A stretch of DNA of 64,000 nucleotides from Octopus vulgaris. Lineage: Eukaryota. The notes below the pieces were generated by a model. It did not search any database, had not been told where the DNA came from, and saw only the letters and a list, made by a program, of their open reading frames with translations. The DNA lies in contig OX597816.1 in the NCBI GenBank assembly GCA_951406725.2, forward strand, positions 10,850,001-10,914,000. The letters run 5' to 3'. Shown in pieces: positions 1 through 13,080 of the stretch. Within the stretch, counting starts at the first letter, position 1, and each line of letters opens with the position of its first letter. The translations under genes and the position numbers were made by a program.

Positions 1-28
1 ATAAAACCTTCTTCTGGATTTGTGAACA

Positions 29-426
29 GCGCAGGAGTGGCTGTATGGTAAGTAGCTTGCTTACCAACCTCATGGTTCCGGGTTCAGTCCCACTGCATGG
101 CATCTTGGGCAAGTGTCTTCTGCTATAGCCCTGGGCCGACCAATGCCTTGTGAGTGGATTTGGTCGACGGAAACTGAAAGAAGCCTGTTGTATATATGTA
201 TATATATGTATGTGTCTGTGTGTCTGTGTTTGTCCCCCTAGCATTGCCTGACAACCGATGCTGGTGTGTTTACGTCCCCGTAGCTTAGTGGTTCGACAAA
301 AGAGACCGATAGAATAAGTACTGGGCTTACAAAAGAATAAGTCCCGGGGTCGATTTGCTCGACTAAAGGCGGTGCTCCAGCATGGCCGCAGTCAAATGAC
401 TGAAACAAGTAGAAGAGTAAAAGAGT
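29..426 (+). mobile_element. SINE family A (tRNA-like head, CORE-like segment, central TA/TG microsatellite, (TAAAAGAG)n tail)
   Basis: A-box-like TGGCTGTATGG, B-box-like GGTTCAGTCCC, CTTGGGCAAGTGTCTT; near-identical to 18206-18601; more than 10 copies in window. Confidence 0.85.
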
Positions 427-1410
427 ATATAACAAGTAGCTCAAACTTTTCCTTTGTTCACTTAGGACGCTGCTATACCATTCCTCTGAAAGCTGTCAAG
501 CAAACCTTGATTTAATGCTATCGTCATTTCCTCTTATTATAAATTATTGTGTTCTGTTAAGTCTTCTGAGCACTGTCCATTATTGCATTACAAGATATTA
601 TACAACTACTGTTATAAAAAGTCAGATGTTATTTTAGTGCCCTTTCATTAAAAGTACATCGGAAAACTTAAGTGTTCCAAACAAGATAAAGAATTGAATT
701 ATCAAATGTCTGTATTCAAATAAATAAGCAGTAATGTTGAAATATGGCAATATAACATGAATATAAAAATATGCACAAATATTAAAATTAATGGGAATAT
801 CAAAATAGTCACAATGTTATAAATTTTAGGAAAATGTAATATAAAAATACCAGAAAAATAATAGAAAAATACAAAATATATCAGCAGTACTTAGGTGTGG
901 GATTAAAATAATAGTCAAATGTAGGGGGAATAGCAGATCCTATATGATGTGAATGATCAAATCAATAGATAGACATTGGAACTGGTTGAATATAATTTTA
1001 GTCCATAAGTATTAGAAGTGGTAGGTCCTGGCTAATACTGTCTAAATCAACTGAACAGTGGATTTATATGGAGGAATCATGATGTAAAGGATTGATGTTC
1101 AAAGTTTAAGATACTGAATTTTACATTAAACGAATTTAAGGTAGAACATGGAAAAAAGAGAAAAATCCCTAAGCTAATAAAAGTCTTCCAAAGGTCCTAT
1201 TGTAGTTATACAAGCATCTTAATCAAAGCTTGTTACGTTTGTTTACCAGATTATCCTTAGTATTTATGATTTTAAATGCCTCAAATTAGTACAGGTTGCA
1301 TTCACCTCCACCAACCATATAAAGGAAAGCAAATTTCATCACAGACCAAGGAACTTTGTTTGGGATTTCACCCAGTTTCAAGTTCCAGAATTATTAACAA
1401 CAAATATTTA

Positions 1411-1629
1411 TTTCTTTACTACCCACAAGGGGCTAAACACAGAGAGGACAGACAAACGGGTTAAGTCGATTAAATCGACCCCAGTGCGTAACTGGTACTT
1501 AATTTATCGACCCCAAAAGAATGAAAGGTAAAGTCGACCTCGGCGGAATTTGAACTCAGAACGTAATAGCAGACGAAATACCGCTAAGCATTTCGCCCGG
1601 CATGGTAACGTTTCTGCCAGCTCACCGCT
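1411..1629 (-). mobile_element. SINE family B (head GGCGGTGAGCTGGCAGAA; GCCTTTCATCCTTTCGGGGTCGATAAA domain resembling the Meta-SINE domain)
   Basis: B-box-like GAGTTCAAATTC on minus strand; more than 25 related copies in window. Confidence 0.85.
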
Positions 1630-1689
1630 TCCTGTTAACAACAAATATTGTTTAACTCTTCACAATTACAAGCAATGGCATTAGAAATA

Positions 1690-2230
1690 AAGTGGGACTC
1701 TCGGTTACTCAATGGATCAGTGTTCTCCAGCCAGTTCTATCCTGGGTCGCTTATTTTAGATTGGCCATGGTCATTCCCTTGTCACTCTTGATGGTGTCAA
1801 GCCAGCGGATTCTTGGTCGGCCTCTTCCTTTCTTGCCACTGACCATTCCGAGCATGATGTCCTCCTCCAGGGATTTTCTCTGCATAATATGACCAAAATA
1901 TGCCAATCTATTCTTGGTGATCCTAGCTTCTAGCAACAGTTTCGGCCTGATCTGCTTAAGAACTTCTCCATTGGTGAGCCTCGCTGTCCATGGAATCTGT
2001 AAAAGTCTTCTCCAACACCAAAGCTCGAATGCATTAATTCTCTTCTGGTCAGCTTTCTTTAGTGTCCAGGTCTCGCATCCATATGTTGCTATTGGGAAGA
2101 CGATTACATTCACCAATCAGCATTTGGTAGTAAGGCTGATGTCTCTACTCTTCCAGACCTTACTCATGCTGAGCATTGCCTCTCTGCCTAGTACTATCCG
2201 CCGCCTTATTTCTGGAGTGCAGTTACCTAC
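1690..2230 (-). mobile_element. RTE/BovB-clade LINE 3' fragment (RT C-terminus, pseudogenised)
   Basis: EIRRRIVLGREAM...VFPIATYGCETWTLKKADQKRINAFELWCWRRLLQIPWTAR...YFGHIMQR...GRGRPRIRWLD; one in-frame stop. Confidence 0.9.
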
Positions 2231-2964
2231 ATGGAATAATAATACAGGATTAAGACCTATGGAGGCCCTGAACAATTTTGGTGATCCTGTATATATGTAA
2301 TTCAAAATATAAGCAATAATAAACCATAAAATAAATTTTTATTACACCAATGGAATAAAACTAACTGTAAGATGGAACATAATGTTTATTTTTGTATATT
2401 TCCACTTTATTTATATTGGAAAAGTTTTCTTCTCTTTTTTTTTTAAATTGCAACATCTCTGATCAGATCCTCGAAATCAAACTTACATAACACATCTGCT
2501 TCTACACTCAGGAGATATAAGGCATCCTGAATATTATTTTAGCAAGTTTAAAGTGTTTGTTTTTTATGCTGAAAGCCATTTACCATTTCTGTGGTGCCAC
2601 CTCCTTCCCTTGATATCCTAAGCATGTGCTTATTCTGCTTAATGGTTAATCCAGTGCCGTGTATTATATATATACAGGAAGATTCAACAGCCGTATACTC
2701 ATCAAAATACACATTCATTGCAAAAATATATTTATAGCAAAACAAATTGATTGAAAGAAGAGAAATTGGTGTAAAAACCTATCAGTAAAACATTTAAATT
2801 AAAACCAAAATATGTCAAAGTATAAATAGTCTTCAAAGAAACAACTGGAAATAATTATGAATTATAATTATGTATGTGAGATAATATTTAATATTTTTTT
2901 CTAGTAAACTGATTAGCAACTCGGCAAATATGTAAGTAATTCATTTGATCAATACTTATGGATA

Positions 2965-3705
2965 TGTCATCATCATTGTCACCTTTATAATCATCACCAT
3001 CATCATCATTGTCGTTTACATCATTGCTGTCGTCATCATCAACATGAACATCGTCGTCATCATTGTTGTTGTGGTCATCATCATCATCGTTGTCATCATT
3101 ATTGTGATCATCATCACCATCATCATCATTGTTGTTGTGGTCATCATCATCATCATCATCATCGTTGTCGTCATCGTCGGTGTGGTCGTCATCATCATCG
3201 TCATTGTGATCGTCATCACCATCATCAACGTTGTTGTGGTCATCGTCATCATCATCCTCCTCATCGTCGTTGTCATCATCATCATCATCGTTGTCATCAT
3301 CATCATCGTTGTTGTGGTCATCGTCATCATCATCCTCCTCATCGTCGTTGTCATCATCATCATCATCGGTGTCATCATCATCATCGTTGTCATCATCATC
3401 ATCGTTGTTGTGGTCATCGTCATCATCATCCTCCTCATCGTCGTTGTCATCATCATCATCATCGGTGTCATCATCATCATCGTTGTCATCATCATCATCG
3501 TTGTTGTGGTTGTTGTCATCATCATTGTTGTGATCATCGTTGTGATTGTCATCATCATCATCATTGTTGTGGTGGTCGTCATCATCATCATTGTGGTCGT
3601 CATCCTCATCATCGTTGTCATCATCATCATCATCGTTGTCATCATCATCATCGTTGTTGTGGTGGTCGTCATCATCATCATCATAGTCGTCATCCTGCCA
3701 TCATT
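2965..3705. repeat. Degenerate (CAT/CGT/TGT)n array with higher-order units
   Basis: Direct inspection; Ile/Val-rich ORFs are artefacts. Confidence 0.95.
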
Positions 3706-4189
3706 GTTTTAATGACCACCTTTCCATGCTTGTACGAATATGATGGACTCCGTTGCCACAGATTATCTATGATTGGATGACCTTCAAGTCATTAAACCTC
3801 ACATTTTATCAAGTAGAGCAATATCTTCCTACGGCTGGACATATTTTCCCAAAATACTGGAAATGAAGGACACAGCTCCAGTGGCAATGTTCTTTTCGAA
3901 CTATCAAACAATATTCTTTCCTACTCTAGGCACAAAGCCTGAAATGTCCTTATAGTTTCAAAAATATAAAAAAAAATATAAGGACACAAATCGTGTTGTA
4001 TAGCCAGCTGGAGACGATGTCTCCTGGGGCTAAATTACAGCAACATTTGTCCTAAACCAGGACTGCCATGTTATGTTGGCAAGCAATCTTTACTCCAAAG
4101 TACTGTTGCTGAATATCCCTCGTTGTGAGATTTAAAAATAGTAATTTTCTAATTGATCCATGATGTCCGTTTGACTCCAGGGTTGTAAA

Positions 4190-4385
4190 GAAAGAGGATG
4201 AAAAACAAAAAAATATAATACCTTCAAATTTGAAATTGCAAGAATTTGGAGTGCAAAAATTGTAAAGGTTATGTCTGTAATAATTGGGGCATTGAAAACG
4301 GTAAATAAAGATATAGACAAATGGTTGAAGGAGATTGGAATAGAATGTCCCATAGAGTTTCTACAGAAAGTTTGCCTAAGGTTAC
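4190..4385 (+). mobile_element. R4/Dong-like LINE fragment (restriction-like endonuclease C-terminus)
   Basis: EDEKQKKYNTFKFEIARIWSAKIVKVMSVIIGALKTV...EFLQKVCL; homologous to 43321-43565. Confidence 0.7.
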
Positions 4386-4489
4386 AAATGTTAACCCGCA
4401 ACTCACCAGGAATGAGAACGAACCTGTGTCAAATTATCAACAATAATAATTTCTTTTTTAGGGTGGGGGACATTCTAAGTTGATAGTGA

Positions 4490-5150
4490 TAGTAATAGTG
4501 ATAGAAGAAGAAAAAAAAAGGGAGATGAAGAAAATGAAGAAGAGAAGGAAGAAAAAGTTGAAGAAGACAAAGAAAGAAGAAAATGAAAAAGCAAAGAAAA
4601 AGAGGAAGAAGGGAAGAAAGGGTTAAAAAAAAGGTGAAGAATAAGAAAAAGAAGAAAAGAGGGAGAAGAGAAGGAAGACGAGAAAAAAGAAAAAGAAGAA
4701 GAGGAAGAAGAAGGTGAAGATAAAAGGGAAGAAAAAGAAAGAGGAGGGGAGGATAAAAGGGAGGAAAAAGTAGGGAAAGAAGAAAGAGGATGGCAATAAT
4801 AATAAGAAGAAGGAATAGAAGACAAAGAAGAAGGGTAATAAAAATTAGGAGACAAAGAAGAAGAAGAAGAAGAAGACGAAGAAAAGAAAATGAAAAAGAA
4901 GCAAAGAAAAAAGGGAAGAAGAAGAGAAGAAAAGAAGGTGAAGAATAAGAAAAAGGAGAAAAAAAGAAGAGGAAGAAGAAAAAAGAAGACGAGAAAAAAG
5001 AAAAAAGAAGAGAAGAAGAAGAAGAACAACAACAATGTGAAGATAAAAGGGAAGAAGAAGGAGGGTAATAATAGTGAGTAGAAGAAGAAGAAGAAGAAGA
5101 AGGAGAAGGAGAAGAAGCAGTAGCAGATAAGTAGTAGGAAGAGGAGAAGG
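4490..5150. repeat. Purine-rich degenerate (GAA)n tract
   Basis: Direct inspection. Confidence 0.95.
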
Positions 5151-5267
5151 TGGTGGTTATTTTGATTTGGAGTTTGGTTTTTAAACTGCAATGTAAACTG
5201 ATTGAATTATTATTGGAGGGATTCTTGCCAAGCAACAATGAAATCAAATAATAATCATAATAATGGT

Positions 5268-6421
5268 TCCAAATGTTTTGGCACAAAGCCAGCAATTGCA
5301 AAGGAAGGGGTGAGGTTGGGGGGGGGGGGGAGGCTAAGTCGATTACATCGTCTGCAGTACTTGACTGGTGCTGGTTTTCATCGATCCCGAAAGGATGAAA
5401 GGCAAAGCAAACCTCAGTGGAATTTGAACTGAAAATATGCTCGAATGGTTCTTATTTTATCGACCCTGAAAGGATGAAATGCAAAGTTGACTTCGGTATC
5501 ATTTGAACCCAGGATGCAAAGACAGATGAAATGCCATTAAACATTTTACCCAGCATGCTAATGGTTTGGCCAGCTCACCGCCGTAAATATGATGATGAGG
5601 ATAATAATAATAATAATCTTTTCTACACTTGGCACAAGGCCCAAAATTTTTGGGGGAGGGAGCCAGTTGATTAGATCGACCCCAGTACGCAACTGGTACT
5701 TAATTCATCGACACCGAAAGGATGAAAGGCAAAGTCAACCTCAGCGGAATTTGAACTCAAAACGTAAAGACAGACGAAATACTGCTAAGTATTTTGCCCG
5801 GCGTGCTAATGTTTCTGGCAGCTCGCCGCCTTAATAATAATAATAATAATAATAATAAGAAGAAGAAGAATAATAAATAAATAATAATCTTTTCTACTAT
5901 AAGTACCAGGCATGAAATTTTGGAGGAGGAGACCAGTTGTTTACCTCGGCACCAGTGTTTCACTGGTGCTTAATTTATTGACCCCGAAAAAATGAAAAGC
6001 AAAATCAACCTCAGCAGAATTTGAACTGAAAATGTGCTCAACTGGTACTTATTTTATTGACCCTGAAAGGATGGAAAACAAAGTTGACCTCAACATCATT
6101 TGAACCCAGAACGTAAAGACAGATGAAATGCCGAGGAGCATTTCCCCAACGTACTAACGGGTTGGCCCGCTCACCACTGTAAATATGATGATGAGGAAGA
6201 TAATAATAATAATAATAATAATAGTAATGATCCTTTCAGGTGCAAGGCCTGAAATTTTAAGAGAGGAGACTAGTTGTTTACATTGAACCAGTGTTTTATT
6301 GACCCTGAAAGAATGAAAGCAAAATCGACCTCAGCAGCATTTGAACTTAGAACATAAAGACGGATAAAATGCCACTAAGCATTTTCCCCAGCATGCTAAC
6401 GGTTTGGCCAGCTCACCGCCT
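5268..6421 (-). mobile_element. Head-to-tail cluster of about 6 SINE-B copies separated by (TAA)n/(TGA)n
   Basis: Repeated gaccccgaaaggatgaaaggcaaagtcaacctcagcggaatttgaactc...ccagctcaccgcc. Confidence 0.85.
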
Positions 6422-6501
6422 TAAAGGATTATGATGAAGATGATAACAGTAGCAACAATAATAATAATAATAACAATAATAACAATAATAATAATAATAA
6501 T

Positions 6502-7060
6502 AAATGCCCTGATATAGTACCAGGCAGTGGCTCTCATGGCTTCTGCTCTTAACTGATTGGAAGTGTTATCATGTACATTGTTTTGTCTTAGTATAAAAGA
6601 TAGGCTACAGCAAATATTCTGCTCAATTTCACAGATTTGCTTGTCAGTTGCTTGACCTCAACCAGTTGACCATGTCCCTTGGTGGCTGATGATATGTGCA
6701 TCTCTGATCATGAGCAGAAGTAGTGGGGGAGCATCATAGCCATGTGTTGAGAGGGATTCTTTGGGGTTTGGATAATTCAGTTTTGGAAACATGGGTCTTT
6801 CGTTCAACATCCTTAAACAACCTTTATTCAGGGACCTTTTGAGCGGGATGGGTTCCTCGACCAGAAGGGAATTCTAACAGAATCCCACATGCAAGGTCAA
6901 TGCGCTGTTTATCTTGATATGAAATCACCATGTTGCGCACATATGGTTGTGATGCATGTGCCTGGTGTACCCTTATCAGACGGGTAATGATGGGTATACT
7001 GGGTTTCGTATATTTTAACCCCAGTGTCACTGTGATGGCATGCACAGCTCTCTCACTCAA
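6502..7060. repeat. ~560-bp non-coding segment inside a (TAA)n tract, probable interspersed repeat
   Basis: Sharp (TAA)n boundaries on both sides; single copy in window; resemblance to an octopus repeat is from recall. Confidence 0.45.
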
Positions 7061-7079
7061 TGATGATAATAATAATAAG

Positions 7080-7292
7080 GGTTTCAAATTTTGCCACAAG
7101 GGTAGCAGTTTGGGGGAAAGGGACAAGTCAATTACATCAACCCCAGTGTTTCACTGGTATTTAATTTATTGACTCTGAAAGGACAAAAGGCAAAGTCAAC
7201 CTCAGCGGAATTTGATGTCAGAATGTAGTAATGGGTGAAATACCGCTAAGCTTTTTGTCCAGCACGCTAACAGTTCGGCCAGCTCAACACCT
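7080..7292 (-). mobile_element. SINE family B
   Basis: Homologous to other SINE-B copies. Confidence 0.8.
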
Positions 7293-7359
7293 TAAATGAT
7301 GATGATGAAGATAATAATAATAATAATAATGATAATAATAATAATAATAATAATGATAG

Positions 7360-7768
7360 CGGTGCTTTTTATGTGCTGGTGGCACATAAAAAGCACCATT
7401 CGAGCGTTATTGTTAATAGCATCACCTTACTGGCACTTGTGCAAGTGGCAATTAAAAAAACATTCGAGTGAGGTCGTTGCCGGTGTTGCTGGACTGGCTC
7501 CTGTGCAGGTGGCATGTAAAAGACACCATTTGAGCGTAGCTATTGCCAGTACCACCTGACTGTCCTTCGTGCCAGTGGCACGTAAAAGCACCCACTACAC
7601 TCTTGGAGTGGTTGGCGTTAGGAAGGGCATCCAGCTGTAAAAAACATTACCAGATCAGATTGGAGCCTGGTGCAGCCATCTGGTTCGCCAGTTCTCAGTC
7701 AAATCGTCCAACCCATGCTAGCATGGAAAGCAGACGTTAAACGATGATGATGATGATGATGATGATGA
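7360..7768 (+). mobile_element. SINE-like family C (internal ~60-bp repeats; GGTTGGCGTTAGGAAGGGCATCCAGC motif; (GAT)n tail)
   Basis: Ends gcatggaaagcagacgttaaacgatgatg; about 11 copies in window. Confidence 0.8.
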
Positions 7769-8333
7769 ATAATGTGGTAAGTAAATCTGAATGAAATACC
7801 AAGAAATGTGTTTGAATCTGTGTGTGGAATGTTGAAGTTGGTGGTGGTGGTGGTGTTGTTAAATGTTGTTTTGGTGCTGGCGATGGTGTGTGTGTGGTGG
7901 TGGAGGGTCGGTGGTGTTGTTGATGTCAGTGTCAGTGGATTTGCTGTTACTCGTAGAGGTGTTAGCGTTAGCGGCAATGATTTCGGTTATGCTTAACTGC
8001 CAACATAGATTCTGACCCGTTCTTCAGTGCTGCATTGGCACAGTAAACTACTCAATAGTTGCAATAGTTTCCAGTCGTCGCTCCAGTGGTAATTCGACGA
8101 GTAAGGAGGTGAGAAAGGAGGAGAGCGGTAAGTAAGTAAGGAAGGAAGGAGGGAAGAAAGGAAGGAAGAAAGGAAGGAAGCAATAAAATTGATTCCTGTC
8201 CTGTCTTTCGGCAATTGCAGTTACTAGTTGTTGCATGTTATCAATGCAGCAAAATTTCTTTGTTCAACTTCTTTCTTTTCTTTCTTAACTTTACTTTATT
8301 TTTTTTCTAATTTTCTCTCTTTCTCTTTGTATG

Positions 8334-8337
<4 letters not shown>

Positions 8338-8413
<76 letters not shown>

Positions 8414-8772
8414 CACATACATACACTTACATGTTTAGTTCTTCACTTTGTTTTTCTTTCTTTCTATTGATCTATTTATTTATCTCTTTATAAAGATATG
8501 TGTGTGTATCTATGTAACATATATGTATGTATACACTATATGTGTATGTGCCCATACATACACACATACATATATATATATTTATGTATACACACACACA
8601 TAAATATATATATATGTATGTATACACACACATAAATATATATATATGTATGTATACACACACACATAAATATATATATATGTATGTATACACACACACA
8701 TAAATATATATATATGTATGTATACACACACACATAAATATATATGTTTGTATGTACGTATGTATGTATGTA
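8338..8772. repeat. (TA)n/(TG)n and compound microsatellite with a ~32-34-bp higher-order unit
   Basis: acacacataaatatatatatatgtatgtat repeated about 5 times. Confidence 0.9.
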
Positions 8773-9989
8773 TCAATTTCTAAATTGAAGTATAGTTTTA
8801 CAGAAGGAATGTATAGCGTACTGCAAAGATTACTGAATATTACATATCATAAATCAATGGGTAAGTGAGGGGGGTCTTTACCTGGTTACAGAAACTGCTA
8901 AAAATAACAGTTAAATTCTCTCGGAGTCCCATCCTAAAGTTTTCAGAAAAGTGAAGGATATTTTGGACAATGTGGCCTTAGTAATATCAAAAGTCCAGAT
9001 AAAGACATTTAGAACATCTGTTTGAACATGGAGTGGCATGGTTAGGCCTGACCTAGGATTAAACAACTAAGCAACAACAACAACAACAACAATGATATTG
9101 ATGAAGATGGTGACAGACCCCTTACTATCACTGCTACCACTGGCAACCAGCAACAATCTTGTTTTAAAAGTTCAGCAATTGTTTAATATTATTTTTCCAC
9201 CACTCCTTTTCACACCTTCACCACCATTTCATGCTAGGCCACCTAATCCTGCTGTTGTCACCTACACTCCCTGATGCTTATGATATTAGCATAGTCAACC
9301 AACCACACCTACTAATATAGTAATACAAACAATTTTCCTCTTTATCAGCCTCAGAAGGAGGAGACCCAAGTTTATTCTCACTAGTTTACAATCAAGTGAT
9401 TAGAATAGTGTTTCTTAAATGATACACATCAAAAGGTTTCTCAGTGCTTTCAAAGGTGGCTTTCTTTTTAAATATGATTCATAGCTTTTGAAAATCAATA
9501 TTAATAACTGGAAAAGCATATTATTGATAATTTTATTAAACACAAGTTTAATTAATAATACAAGGTGTGTAGTAGATTTTTTTTATCACATTTTCTAAAT
9601 TTTTAGTTTTAAAAGTAGTATTTTTTGCACATGAGAGCAAAAAGGGGCGTATTTTGCATGAAGTAGCACAGTATCTGTAAAAGAGATCTTTGTAGGAACA
9701 TTTGAGTAATGCAGGTGAGGAGTTAAGCAAAATATGTAAGGTGATGTCAATGAATAAGATCAAAAAGAAAAGGTACTGTATCACCTTACATAAGTTATTA
9801 ATCTAAAAATATTTCGGGAAAGATTCCTATTTTCAAATAGCAAAACAATGCATTATCAAAGAGTTCAAAGGATCGTGTTGTTATTTATCGGCAGGCCATT
9901 CTAATGTGCTGTGACAAAGGGAATTACTTAACTTACAGTTTAAGTAGCTGCAGTTGCTTGAATTAAGTGGTATTGATTGTGAGTTCATG

Positions 9990-10530
9990 GCTGCTTCCTG
10001 CACCAGTTTCGCATAGCCCGAGCCCATCCAAAGTACCTTGGATTGCAGAATGACCTGCTGTGCTTACCTTGGATTGTAAGGTGACCTGCTGTGCTTGAGG
10101 AGACCTATTGAGTCAAGTACATCAAAATAAATATCAAATGGAAATTGTAGTTGTGATACCTGTGCTGGTGGCACGTAAAAAGCACCATCCGTACAGGGCC
10201 GATGCCAGCACCGCCTTGACTGGCTTCTGTGCCGGTGGCACATAAAAAGCACCAGCCGAACGTGGCCGATGCCAGCACCGCCTTGACTGGCTTATGTTCT
10301 GGTGGCACATAAAAAGCACCAACTGACTGTGGCCGCTGCCAGCCTCACCTGGCATGTAAAAAGGACCCACTACACTCACAGAGTGGTTGGTGTTAGGAAG
10401 GGGCCATCCAACTGTAGAAACACTGTCAGATCAGACTGGAGCCTGGTGCAGCCTCCAATACCCTGGTCGAACAGTCCAACCTGTGCTAGCATGGAAAGCG
10501 GATGTTAAATGATGATGATGATGATGATGA
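9990..10530 (+). mobile_element. SINE-like family C
   Basis: Three to four internal ggtggcacgtaaaaagcacc units; (GAT)n tail. Confidence 0.8.
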
Positions 10531-10784
10531 TAGCACCAGATAGTTTGATGTGGCAACAGCAATAGTCATAGGTGACATAGCATGACATGTTCGTGTGAAA
10601 GGAGTGGTGGGAAAAGTCATTAAACAAGAGCTGAACTTTAAGGCAGGATTACTTATATCCATGTAAGGAACCCCAGTATTTTCTTGATCTTTACCAAATC
10701 ATAAAGTCAAAATAGCTGAAATCCAAGGGATTAAACTAACAAACCAAAACGCAATAAGAAAATGACACATTCGGCTAAATATTT

Positions 10785-11105
10785 TCAAACCTTTTGTTAT
10801 ATATTTCTGGTGAAATGCACTAGTTTTGTTTAAATTAATTTTCAAAATAATTAAGAAGTTGGTACATTAAACCTAAACTTGGAACTTAAATTAATATGAA
10901 ATTTTGATGGGTGGTATAGAATTAAGATATCTTTAGTCAGTTTGTTAACTTATTTCTGTTTAAATACATTGCTTTGTTTGAATTGATGTTTAAAATAACG
11001 AAGAATTTAGTGAAATAATTTTGTCATTAAGAAGTCTAGAATACAAATTAGAATGAAATTTTAATGGAAGGTATTATAATTGACACTTTGCTGGTCCAGA
11101 AGTTG
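10785..11105. repeat. Two diverged tandem copies (~150 bp) of an AT-rich MITE-like repeat
   Basis: atatttctggtgaaatgcact...gaaattttgatgg versus ttatttctgtttaaatacatt...gaaattttaatgg. Confidence 0.5.
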
Positions 11106-11319
11106 TGACACATTTTACTTAGAAATCATTGTGAAATCATTGATTGTATCTCTGTCTCTTTTTATTTGTCACAAACGATCTGAAGTGTACATCACGATCC
11201 TTTAATGAACTTCATAATACCTTCATAGAGGAAACTAAAGCAATCTTTGTAGGGGAGGGGTATAGTCAATATATTAAAGCATAAAACAATAAAGACCCTT
11301 CCTCTGTCATATAGACTCA

Positions 11320-11745
11320 TAGGGTCAGTTGCCTGGTTTCTATGGCACATATATTTCCCTCTTGACAGCTGAAAGGAGCTGAGCAACGGGAAATGAGGTG
11401 TTTTGCTGAAGGCAATAATGTGTCACTTGATCCAGGAATTGAAACCCCAATCTTGTGACCATAGCTCCAACACCCTAATCACTAAGTCACATACTTCGCA
11501 AAAGCCCCTTCGCATACCTTATTCACTCAAAGGGCTGGTTACCCAGATTTTCTGGCTTATATACTTCCTACCTGGATGGGACGCTAGTCCCTCATGAGAT
11601 AACTCATTTTCGCCAGCTGAGTGGACTGGCACGATGTGATATGAAATGTTTTGCTCAAGAACACAACACGCTGCCTGGTCAAGGAATCAAAACCACCATC
11701 TTATGATCAGGAGTCCAGCATCCTAATTACTAAGCCAAGCACCTC
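11320..11745 (-). mobile_element. Two tandem tRNA-head SINEs with CORE-like and V-like segments (family F)
   Basis: Minus strand: ggcttagtaattagg...ggttttgattcc...tgtgttcttgagcaaaacatttc...gggactagcgtcccatccagg. Confidence 0.6.
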
Positions 11746-11777
11746 TACTAATATATTAAGTACATATATATATATAT

Positions 11778-12060
11778 GGAGGCGCAATGGCCCAGTGGTT
11801 AGGGCAGCGGACTCGCAGTTTCGATTCCCAGACCGGGCGTTGTGTGTGTTTATTGAGCAAAAATGCCTAAAAGCTCCATGAGGCTCTGGCAGGAGGTGGT
11901 GATCCCTGCTGTACTCCTTCACCACTCTTTCTCTCACTCTTTCTTCTGTTGGCCTGCTCGCTGGGGTGGCGTCATTCGAAGTCTAAAACAATGCCAACAC
12001 ATTGTGACCAGCGATGTGTAGCAACATCTGATGGTCTAGTCGGTCACGTGATCACGTGAT
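11778..12060 (+). mobile_element. SINE family D, tail type 1
   Basis: GGAGGCGCAATGGCCCAGTGG (A box), GTTTCGATTCC (B box); ends gtcacgtgatcacgtgat in (TA)n. Confidence 0.8.
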
Positions 12061-12284
12061 ATATATATATTAGGAGCCTAAAAGACAATATCTGTATTAG
12101 CAAGGTTTATAATTAGACAACTACAAGTCAAAGTTGTAAGAGAAATATATTTACGACAGTAAGGTAACCCATGTTCCTGCATCTCATAAGACGAGATTAA
12201 AGCAATAAGAATGGAAACAGACAAAGAAACTCTGTTTCAGAAAATCCCGTCCAACCAATGACGGCTGCAGAAAGGGAACATAAA

Positions 12285-12374
12285 ACAACAATGATGATGA
12301 TGGTGGTGATGGTTATGTGACGATGATGATGACGATGACAATGATGATGAGGTTGTTGCTGATGATGATGACAA

Positions 12375-12408
<34 letters not shown>

Positions 12409-13080
12409 GGTGTGATGATGACGAAGAAGACAATGATGGTGATGGTGGTGGTGGTGGTGGTGGTGTGACGATGACGAAGAAGACAATGATGATGATGATG
12501 GTGGTGGTGGTGGTGGTGGTGTGATGATGACGAAGAAGACAATGATGGTGATGGTGGTGGTGGTGTGACGATGACGAAGAAGACAATGATGATGATGATG
12601 GTGGTGGTGGTGGTGGTGGTGTGATGATGACGAAGAAGACAATGATGGTGATGGTGGTGGTGGTGTGACGATGACGAAGAAGACAATGATGATGATGATG
12701 GTGGTGGTGGTGGTGGTGTGACAATGAGGACTACGACAATGATGATATGGTTATTGCTGGCAATGTTGACGATGACAATGATGAGGATGATGATGAGGAT
12801 GATGATGGTGGTGGTGGCGTGATGATGGCGAAGATGACGATGTCAATGATGATAGTGCTGCTGCTGATGACGATGACGATGGTGGTGATGAAGAGATTAA
12901 AGCAGTAAGAAAGGAAACGGGCGATAAAACTCTGTCTCAGAAAATCCCATCAATGACGACGATGATAATGATGATGATGATGGAGGCAGTGGTGCGACGA
13001 TGATGAAGACAATGATGAGGACAACAACGATGATGATGAGGTTGTTGCTGACGATGATGATGACGACAATGGTGATGAAG
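12285..13080. repeat. (GAT/GGT/GAC)n array with ~57-63-bp higher-order units
   Basis: gtgtgatgatgacgaagaagacaatgat unit repeated about 5 times. Confidence 0.95.

Noticed and set aside
2548-2745. 65-aa minus-strand ORF in unique sequence
   Set aside because: Non-ATG start, no recognisable homology and no clear splice signals
2945-3712. 255-aa Ile/Val-rich ORF and similar long ORFs (4429-5301, 12197-12724, 31765-32649, 62525-63052)
   Set aside because: Translations of trinucleotide repeats, often open in several frames, with no domain content
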